Source: a virus
Length of the DNA stretch: 64,000 bases
Direction: 5' to 3' (one strand)
Virus record (IMG/VR): IMGVR_UViG_3300028844_001691
Span: 14,997 to 78,996 of that record
Shown here: one piece after another, positions 57,165 through 64,000 of the stretch
Layout: each line of letters begins with the position of its first letter
Position numbering within the stretch: position 1 is the first letter of the stretch
The notes under the pieces: generated by a model
What the model saw: only the letters and a program-made list of their open reading frames with translations
What the model was told of the DNA's origin: nothing
Databases searched by the model: none
Made by a program: the position numbers and the translations under genes

Positions 57165-57741
57165 TTTCTATTTCCTTATAAGCCATAAACACATTTACAT
57201 CATCTTCTGTAAGTATTTCACAACTATTGATTTTTTTATATTCCTTAATATGATATTCTAATTCTTGCTTATGTTGTACATTTATTTCAGCAAGTGATAG
57301 CATATAATTTCCTTTTGGTACTACCCACATTTTTCTTTTAGAAGGTAAACTACTTCTTACATTAATTTTTAATTTTCTTGTTTCTTTATTAAAAAGTAAT
57401 GTTACAAGTCTTTCAGGATTCCATAAAGACGGATCTAATTTATGTAACATTGAATTGTTTCGAACAGCATTGCTACTAATGTCAACAATCTTTACAGGGT
57501 CTGAATCTTTATCAATAATGTAATTGTTTAAATTAACATCTTGCATTTTTAAAAATTCTTCTTTAGTAATGTTTGTTACTAGATCATCTTTAAATTCTTC
57601 TTGTTGATTTGCCGACATTGATAATATTTTACCAAATATATCGTAATAAAGAAAAAACTGTTGTTCTTCTTTATCTCTTTTTAGAGAACCAAAATGTTCT
57701 TGCATCATTTGATTAAATTCTAAATCGCTAAATTCTGACAT
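57142..57741 (-). CDS. hypothetical protein
   Basis: 199-aa ORF in operon. Confidence 0.7.
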   Translation of the reverse strand: MSEFSDLEFNQMMQEHFGSLKRDKEEQQFFLYYDIFGKILSMSANQQEEFKDDLVTNITKEEFLKMQDVNLNNYIIDKDSDPVKIVDISSNAVRNNSMLHKLDPSLWNPERLVTLLFNKETRKLKINVRSSLPSKRKMWVVPKGNYMLSLAEINVQHKQELEYHIKEYKKINSCEILTEDDVNVFMAYKEIENETDLSN

Positions 57742-58604
57742 TATACTCCTGCTTGTTTCTCTAAAGTTTTAATTAATTCATCTGTACACCATGACTTAAC
57801 ACAATAATGTACTGGCTTTGTTTGATAGTAGTTATTAATCCACAAGCCTTCTTCATTATATTGTCCGTCTAAATAATCTGTCCAGTCTGTATCACTAACT
57901 GTATAATCTAATAATCCTTGACATTTACTTTTCATATGTACAAAACTAAAAGATTGTGGAGGTGTTACTTTATTTTCCCAACCCAATAATCTAATTGCCA
58001 TTCCATAAACTTCATCAGTATAAGCAACGTCATTAGTATTAATTCTCATAAACTCGTTTGAATACTTTTCCCAATCCCTATAGATATCTTCTACTTGTAA
58101 ATAAAACAATAATGCTTCTTTACTTTTTCTAAAGTACGTTAATGCACTGTAGGCATTATAAAATTGATTTTCAGAAAATCCTCGTCTGTAATAAGTATCA
58201 TCACCAACTACATCTCTAAACGTGTGTATTTTATTACAAACTCCAATTGGAAAATTTCTGGCTTTCATTATTTCCCAATAGTAGTTTACGTCTGTTGTAA
58301 AAAGCATATCAGCATCGAGTTTAATAGTTTCGTCATATGGTGTCATATGATAAACTTTCCACTCATTTTGTAACTTCCAGTTATGCATTATTGCTTCGTC
58401 TGTCCAGGGGATAATTTTAACATCAAAGACGTCTAAATAATGCTTGGGTAATTTTTCTAAATCTTCTTCAGTCATACCCACTGTTAAATCACTTGGCCCT
58501 TTTGTTTGACTTGCTTTCAAACTCAATGCTAGTGCATATGCCATTCGGGGATAGTCCCCAAATTTCTTACTGTATTGTGCAAATGTAAAATATCCTTTGC
58601 TCAT
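57741..58604 (-). CDS. putative glycosyltransferase (GT8-like)
   Basis: ALALSLK, TPYDETIKLDAD (DxD), C-terminal HM/HY. Confidence 0.7.
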   Translation of the reverse strand: MSKGYFTFAQYSKKFGDYPRMAYALALSLKASQTKGPSDLTVGMTEEDLEKLPKHYLDVFDVKIIPWTDEAIMHNWKLQNEWKVYHMTPYDETIKLDADMLFTTDVNYYWEIMKARNFPIGVCNKIHTFRDVVGDDTYYRRGFSENQFYNAYSALTYFRKSKEALLFYLQVEDIYRDWEKYSNEFMRINTNDVAYTDEVYGMAIRLLGWENKVTPPQSFSFVHMKSKCQGLLDYTVSDTDWTDYLDGQYNEEGLWINNYYQTKPVHYCVKSWCTDELIKTLEKQAGV

Positions 58605-59434
58605 GAATAAATCTCCATAAACTTATCATAATGTTTTTCTAAAGATTGTTTGTTGAGCATATGTACGTTTGTGTCTTTAAGTAATACAGGAATAGTTTCT
58701 GTTTCTAAAATTATACTTCCTTTTTTAACATCTAATATATTTTCCATTCCAAAACTATTAATTTGTCTAATGGGTAAAGGTTTAATATAATCATCTCTAA
58801 AACCTCCAATTATATGACTTGCAATCGCGGCTGTTATATCATTACGAAAGTATTGATAAGGAATTCTAAATGTCTTTTTATAAAAGTCATAATGTTCTCT
58901 TACATACTTTGCAATGTCAAACCATTCTTTAGTTTCTTCACACTTGCGAAAGTACATAACTGTGAACCAGTGTACTTTGCTAAATCCGTCTTGTACAACA
59001 AGTTCATAAACGTGTTGTTGATGTTTGGCAGGAATTCTTGTATGTGTATTCATAAGCATGGGTTCTTTGTTTCCCCATACAGTGTTTAACACATCATTTT
59101 GTATTAAGTAATCACTATCAATTAATATTGTCTCATCGAACGGAGACAAATCATATGCAGTAAGTCTGTCAAGATTATGCCATTGTACAGGAGTAAATTT
59201 TCCATCCACGTACATTGGTCTTAAATTTATTTCTTCTACTTTTGCTTTCCAATCAATAATGACATCAAATAATGATAAATCTTCTTCGCATTCATCTAAA
59301 GGTGTTACTATTGCAACGGGTACATTTAGATAGTGCTTGGCAAGTACTGCCGACACTTTTGCTTGTTTTATATAATTAAAGTCTTTATTGTTTTTTGCAA
59401 AGAGAAGAATACCTTTATTCTTCGTTGAAGTCAT
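58601..59434 (-). CDS. putative glycosyltransferase (GT8-like), paralog of 57741-58604
   Basis: SPFDETILIDSD (DxD), YFRK, RND, HMLNK. Confidence 0.7.
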   Translation of the reverse strand: MTSTKNKGILLFAKNNKDFNYIKQAKVSAVLAKHYLNVPVAIVTPLDECEEDLSLFDVIIDWKAKVEEINLRPMYVDGKFTPVQWHNLDRLTAYDLSPFDETILIDSDYLIQNDVLNTVWGNKEPMLMNTHTRIPAKHQQHVYELVVQDGFSKVHWFTVMYFRKCEETKEWFDIAKYVREHYDFYKKTFRIPYQYFRNDITAAIASHIIGGFRDDYIKPLPIRQINSFGMENILDVKKGSIILETETIPVLLKDTNVHMLNKQSLEKHYDKFMEIYS

Positions 59435-59774
59435 ATTGAACTAACTCTTCGATTGTCCTTGCTTGCCTTAATCGTCTTATCTCTGCTAGTGCATTGTTCT
59501 GCTCTTGAGCATACTTCTTCATGCAACTATCTTTGAATTCTTTTACATTTGTAATTTCGGTTGGATTTCCGTTGATGTCGTCTATAACAGCGGAGTCATA
59601 TTCGCAACGGTGTAAATGATCTAAGTGGTTTAAAAGTTCACTGTTGATATAAAAAAGTCCGCCAAGATGACCAACCGTGAGCTTCTCTTTGATTAATTCT
59701 TTAAGAAGGTTTAATTGATTTTGTTGAACTGCTATATATTTTGATTTGTCAAAAATCGTTTCTAAGTCTTGCAT
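59415..59774 (-). CDS. hypothetical protein
   Basis: 119-aa ORF; AGGA RBS; first gene downstream of the 59818-59846 promoter. Confidence 0.7.
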   Translation of the reverse strand: MQDLETIFDKSKYIAVQQNQLNLLKELIKEKLTVGHLGGLFYINSELLNHLDHLHRCEYDSAVIDDINGNPTEITNVKEFKDSCMKKYAQEQNNALAEIRRLRQARTIEELVQYDFNEE

Positions 59775-59787
59775 TTTTTTTCCTATT

Positions 59788-59822
59788 AAAATAGTAGAGT
59801 AATTGTCTTACTCTACTATTTT
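59788..59822. repeat. perfect 15-bp-stem inverted repeat (terminator or operator)
   Basis: AAAATAGTAGAGTAA-ttgtc-TTACTCTACTATTTT. Confidence 0.85.
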
Positions 59823-59846
59823 ATATGATAGGGGGATAAATGTCAA
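59818..59846 (-). promoter_or_regulatory. sigma70-type promoter at the head of the modification island
   Basis: TTGACA(59846-59841)-N17-TAAAAT(59823-59818). Confidence 0.7.
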
Positions 59847-59862
59847 TCTAAATATTTAATAT

Positions 59863-60780
59863 TTAGAATCCAGATACTTGTGTGTTTGATGGTGTAGCAG
59901 GAGCATATACTGTACTCTTTCTAAACCCAACACTTACGGCTGTTCCAGTTGCTACGGTATCCGCAGTACTTGGAGCAATCGCTGTAGATTGGTCAACTAA
60001 ACTAATGTTAAAGTAAATTCTATGATTAGTTTCGTCAATCTTTGCTTGAACTGTCATATCGTTGGCACCGTATGCACCACCACCAATGTTAGTACCAGTG
60101 AAAATGTTTTGGTAAGTACCAGACAATGATGTGTAACCAAATGCGGCTAAAGTACCACTACTACCTGTTCTTGTAGTTGCAGTTTTGCCTAATTTTAGTG
60201 TACCAACTTTATTGTTAAAAATGTCTCTCCAGTCATTATCTTGTGCTGTTGAACCACTTGCGTGTTGGAAAGTTAAGTGGATTTCGCCACCTGTGTTAAA
60301 GAAACCATCTAAAGCCGCCTGTGAAGCGAACTGTGAATAAATTTCTGCATCAATAGTTTCACTACCGCCTGTACCCCATGTACTGCCTCTTGAAGAAACA
60401 GCCGAGCCAGCCACTGTAGTTTGTTGTGCGGCATCAACGTTATTAGCATTTGTACTAATATCTGATACTGCTGATGATAAGTTTAATGTACCTGAACCCG
60501 ATGTTGAACCATCTAATGCTTCAATCGTGTCACTTGTACTTGGGTTACTACCAATGTTAATTGTAGTACCTTGGTGTGTTGCGGCATTTGTTACCGCTGT
60601 CATTAATGTCGCCCATGAACTTGCACTAACAGTTGCCGAAGCAGATACTGTTGATAGTGAAGTCTGACCGTAGCCTGAGCCACTTCTATAAGAAGCACTG
60701 TTACCAATTACGGTATTAACAGTACTTACGAACGAGTTGTAGTCTGCGGCTAAAATTGTATTGCCTGAACTATATGTCAT
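59863..60780 (-). CDS. Ser/Thr/Gly-rich virion structural protein (tail/baseplate-associated)
   Basis: MTYSSGNTILAADYN, GYGQ, FFNTGG; composition and position among tail genes. Confidence 0.7.
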   Translation of the reverse strand: MTYSSGNTILAADYNSFVSTVNTVIGNSASYRSGSGYGQTSLSTVSASATVSASSWATLMTAVTNAATHQGTTINIGSNPSTSDTIEALDGSTSGSGTLNLSSAVSDISTNANNVDAAQQTTVAGSAVSSRGSTWGTGGSETIDAEIYSQFASQAALDGFFNTGGEIHLTFQHASGSTAQDNDWRDIFNNKVGTLKLGKTATTRTGSSGTLAAFGYTSLSGTYQNIFTGTNIGGGAYGANDMTVQAKIDETNHRIYFNISLVDQSTAIAPSTADTVATGTAVSVGFRKSTVYAPATPSNTQVSGF

Positions 60781-60810
60781 TTATATTCCCCTATATTCGA
60801 ATAGTTGTTT

Positions 60811-62283
60811 TTAGTTTACTTTAACGAAGCACATTACTGAACCTTCGTCTTCTGTATATTTATTTTCTAATGCTCTACCAATAGTATTGAAAGCATTAAT
60901 TTCACTTGAAGAACCTGCTCTTGCAACTCCGTTACCTGCACTAATTAAACGATCGCCTTTGTTCACAGTACCGACTACCATTACCGGAACACGACCTTGA
61001 ATAGCAACTGCTGGATGAGTTTCCTCACTACCTGCTCCTGCATTCATTAAATATGCTGGTCTAGTTGAGATAACGCCAAAAACTTTACTTGAAGCCTCTT
61101 CGTTAACTCTTGTAATTTCTTCTACTCCGCCTAGTGCTACTACTGTACCTGGAGCATAAGTGTTGTCAGAAGCAAAACGCTCTGCCAAGTCAGCATATTG
61201 AGCCGATGTACTTTCTCCATGAAATGTAGTTGCGTGTATTTGAGCATACTTGGTTCCACTGGAACCTAAGTTTCTTGTATTGTTTGCATCTGGTAATAAA
61301 TTACCTGCTAATGCAACACTACCGTCACTTGCTAATGTACCGGACGAACCTAATACACCATCAACATATGCTTTAGTGGCTACACCTAATGTTTGTGTAG
61401 GTGCACCTAACACTAATACTTCACCCGTTGCGCCATCGATAGTTAATGCACTTTTTGGAGTACCACCATCGTTAACACCGAGAATTAAATCTCCGTCTGA
61501 TGTATTATTTTTAATTGTAACATCATTAGTTGCGATTGTCAATGTTAAATCATTATCAGCACCAACTGTTACACCACCATCGTTAAGAACACCTAGTGTT
61601 CCACTTGTTGTGTCGTTAGCATCTGAACGCAAATAACTTGTTGCGGCTTGTCCACCTAATGAATCTGAATCAGTGGCTGTGCCGTTTAATTTGTTGTTTG
61701 TAACACCAGTACTTAAATTGTACCCTGGTGCAATACTTGAAAATCCTGTTATAGTTGGACTTGGTGTAAATGCTGTATCTTTACTTACGATTGCAACAAT
61801 TACATCTGAAATCATTATTTTTACAATAACGTGTGCTGTTCCACCACCATCATTTACTGATTCAACTACTGGTCCACTTTGTCCAGCACCTGAACTAAAT
61901 GCAGGTCCTACTAGTGTCCATGTTGCACCATTATAAACTTTTAATTGAGTATTAGCGGTATCCCACCATAAATCTCCTACTACACCTGACGCTGGCTGTG
62001 AGGCACTTGCAGTTGAACTTGAAACAGTTTTAAAAGTACTACCTGTGTAAACTTTTAATAAATTGTTTGTAGAATCCCACCAAAGTTGACCTGCCAACGG
62101 TGAACTAGGAGCAGTTGTGTTTGAGAAGTTCTCTAGCAGTTTGACAAAGTTTTCGTTTAATGCATCGCCGTAACCACTATAATTTTTTCCAATAAGCGTT
62201 AAGTCAGCAGTTGAGCTGTCAATAGTACCGTCTGCCACGTTGGCTAGTACTGTTCCGCTTGTTTTATTAATTGTATAGGCCAT
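60811..62283 (-). CDS. tail fibre/baseplate protein with C-terminal intramolecular-chaperone-like domain
   Basis: LIGKNYSGYG...NENFVKLLENF, GQLWWD/GDLWWD repeats, ATKAYVD, AQYADLAE...GRVPV...KGD.L. Confidence 0.8.
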   Translation of the reverse strand: MAYTINKTSGTVLANVADGTIDSSTADLTLIGKNYSGYGDALNENFVKLLENFSNTTAPSSPLAGQLWWDSTNNLLKVYTGSTFKTVSSSTASASQPASGVVGDLWWDTANTQLKVYNGATWTLVGPAFSSGAGQSGPVVESVNDGGGTAHVIVKIMISDVIVAIVSKDTAFTPSPTITGFSSIAPGYNLSTGVTNNKLNGTATDSDSLGGQAATSYLRSDANDTTSGTLGVLNDGGVTVGADNDLTLTIATNDVTIKNNTSDGDLILGVNDGGTPKSALTIDGATGEVLVLGAPTQTLGVATKAYVDGVLGSSGTLASDGSVALAGNLLPDANNTRNLGSSGTKYAQIHATTFHGESTSAQYADLAERFASDNTYAPGTVVALGGVEEITRVNEEASSKVFGVISTRPAYLMNAGAGSEETHPAVAIQGRVPVMVVGTVNKGDRLISAGNGVARAGSSSEINAFNTIGRALENKYTEDEGSVMCFVKVN

Positions 62284-62306
62284 TTTATCTTTGCTCCAAT
62301 TTATTG

Positions 62307-62313
62307 TATTTAT
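62307..62313 (-). promoter_or_regulatory. T4-late-like promoter core
   Basis: ATAAATA on - strand, upstream of the GGAG RBS of 60811-62283. Confidence 0.55.
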
Positions 62314-62336
62314 TCAATTTTTAATATATCCATGTA

Positions 62337-63005
62337 TTAACTAATAGTACTTAGGTTGGTTAAAGTCTGAATTCTAACCGTATAATCTATTTGGATTAAG
62401 CGGTTTAATGACTTTTGTACTGGGTGAAACACTACATGAGTCAGTAATTTACCTGTTCCCACTGTTCCATTCCACGATTTAAGTCCTAATTCGTCAAATA
62501 CATATGTGCTTTCGAAGTTACTTGCGTTGTCGAAAGCGGCTTGTCCACTAGGTTCACCATAATCTAGTAGGCAACTTACAACGATATCAGTGTAAACCAA
62601 ACTACTTGTATGGCTCACTTGAATTTTGTTTCTTACTGGATCTGTGTTTAAACTGCTTGTATCGTCCACTACTTTATAGTAAGTTGGGTTATACAAGTTT
62701 GCACTTTGTCCAGTATTGTTAGCAGGCAAATATGTAATAACTCCAGTTGGGTCAACACTTGTACCACCATTACCAAAGTGCATTTCGTGAACAAAACCGT
62801 TTGTTTTATTTGCTAAACTCATTGCTAATGCTTCACTCATATTTTCATAGTGAATTGCATTACGTTTGTTTACAAATACTTCGCCGTTTTCAGGATCAAA
62901 GATTTTAATGTGTCCTTGAACTTGTACGCCGCCATTCTCATCTGGTTTTTTCATTTGTTTACTCTCGTTTTCTTTTTCGTTTTTAATTTCTGTTTCTTTT
63001 GTCAT
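62337..63005 (-). CDS. virion structural protein (tail collar/baseplate-like)
   Basis: FGNGG, FDELGL, HPVQKSLNRLIQIDYT; located between fibre genes. Confidence 0.65.
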   Translation of the reverse strand: MTKETEIKNEKENESKQMKKPDENGGVQVQGHIKIFDPENGEVFVNKRNAIHYENMSEALAMSLANKTNGFVHEMHFGNGGTSVDPTGVITYLPANNTGQSANLYNPTYYKVVDDTSSLNTDPVRNKIQVSHTSSLVYTDIVVSCLLDYGEPSGQAAFDNASNFESTYVFDELGLKSWNGTVGTGKLLTHVVFHPVQKSLNRLIQIDYTVRIQTLTNLSTIS

Positions 63006-63006
63006 A

Positions 63007-64000
63007 TTATAACTTCAACATAATTTCTACTAACTTGTCACCATTGTCAGTATTTGTTTCTAATGCAATACCAACTATTGGTCCTGAGCCGTTCATACTT
63101 GCTTTACCGTCTGCAATAGCAAGTGCCGGAGCACCTTTAGTAATTGGACCAGACACTATACAAGGTACACGACCTACTAGTGCTATTGGTTGTCCATCTG
63201 CATCTTTGTTCATTAAGTATGCAGGTGCAGTTGAAATAACTCCAGCAATATAATCATCGCCAGGTTGATATTTTCTAACTTCTTCAGTACCACCAACTAC
63301 AACAACTGTACCTGGTAATAATTCAGCATTTGGTTTATATACCTCAGCCAAGTCAGCATATTGAGCCTGTGTAGCAGTTCCGCTAAAAATACCTGCCGCT
63401 AATGTATCTGTACTTGGATTATATGTTAAATTAGTATCAACATACAAATCTTCATCTCCAGATGTAGCATCAGCAAATGTTAAATAATGTGTCGCGTTTG
63501 TAGTACTGCTTTGTATATTTATCTTGTCTGCATTTACGGCATCTGTAGCATTGGCTACTGTGCCACTAACATTAATAGTTATTGTGTTATCTGTTGTAGC
63601 AGTGGTAATATTTGTTCCACCTGCAAATACTAATGTATCAGTACCAACAGTAACGTTATCTGTAGTTGAACCATCACTAACTGTTAGTGTAGTACTTAAA
63701 CCTGAAACTTGTGCGTCAACATACGCCTTAGTAGAGGCATCTTGTGCCGCTGTTGGATCAGCCATTGCTGTAATTTTATTACTGCCCATTGCTAATGCAC
63801 CAGCCATTGTTCCACCTGCTAGTGCAAGTTTAGTAGTGTCTGCTGTTGTTAATGTGTTTAGTTGTGTTTGGATAGCACTTGTTACACCATCTAAATATCC
63901 AATTTCTGTATAAGTTAATGTTGATGGTATTCCGTCTAATACATTTAATTCTGTTGCTGTTGCTGTAATACCAAGTCCGCCTAATGTTGCACTTGTTGGA
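63007..64000 (-). CDS. tail fibre protein, C-terminal part (5' truncated by window edge)
   Basis: Frame is open to the window end (TATELNVLDG...EIGYLDGVTSAIQTQL), DPTAAQDASTKAYVD, AQYADLAE...GRVPC chaperone-like tail. Confidence 0.85.
   Translation of the reverse strand, partial: PTSATLGGLGITATATELNVLDGIPSTLTYTEIGYLDGVTSAIQTQLNTLTTADTTKLALAGGTMAGALAMGSNKITAMADPTAAQDASTKAYVDAQVSGLSTTLTVSDGSTTDNVTVGTDTLVFAGGTNITTATTDNTITINVSGTVANATDAVNADKINIQSSTTNATHYLTFADATSGDEDLYVDTNLTYNPSTDTLAAGIFSGTATQAQYADLAEVYKPNAELLPGTVVVVGGTEEVRKYQPGDDYIAGVISTAPAYLMNKDADGQPIALVGRVPCIVSGPITKGAPALAIADGKASMNGSGPIVGIALETNTDNGDKLVEIMLKL

Noticed and set aside
1512-63913. Many short antisense or overlapping ORFs in the track (e.g. 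1895, 6378, 8265, 18872, 24110, 32185, 61250, 63524)
   Set aside because: They are shadows of well-supported genes on the opposite strand or frame and carry no motifs.
1-64000. Stop-codon reassignment (as in some jumbo phages)
   Set aside because: Code 11 gives near-complete coding density, and TAG and TGA both end well-supported genes.
1-64000. tRNA, rRNA, CRISPR array, integrase/transposase, intron or intein
   Set aside because: No cloverleaf, spaced direct repeats or diagnostic motifs were seen by eye. A tRNAscan/Infernal run would be needed to exclude divergent RNAs.

Overview
AT-rich, gene-dense segment of a large tailed (jumbo/T4-like) bacteriophage genome, probably infecting a proteobacterium (IscU carries the LPPVK motif; this host call is inference). 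The left end (+ strand, 1-7.4 kb) holds a MoxR AAA+/VWA pair, ThyX, a methyltransferase, IscU and two paralogous P-loop-like proteins. The right end (- strand, 59.9-64 kb) holds virion tail/fibre genes. Between them, about 52 kb transcribed almost entirely on the - strand forms a large modification island. It encodes 16 radical SAM enzymes (10 with an N-terminal Twitch/SPASM-like Cys domain, 5 of a CNAxCPxC type, 1 other) plus a free-standing SPASM-like protein, SufE and a NifU-C/NfuA-like carrier. It also encodes a RuBisCO-like protein in a sugar-nucleotide module, an amidinotransferase, a carbamoyltransferase, two PLP enzymes, two nucleotide-sugar dehydrogenases, six SGNH-like proteins, several putative glycosyltransferases, 2OG-Fe(II) oxygenase-like proteins and nitroreductases. 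The best candidate for an undescribed system is a phage-encoded, Fe-S-supported radical-SAM glycan (or peptide) tailoring pathway next to Ser/Thr-rich tail genes. A regulatory hub at 25.0-28.7 kb contains clustered sigma70 and T4-late-like (TAAATA) promoters, palindromes, G/C runs and several unannotated tiny ORFs. A SutA-like mini-protein lies at 47.3-47.5 kb. All assignments come from motif recognition by eye; no searches were run.
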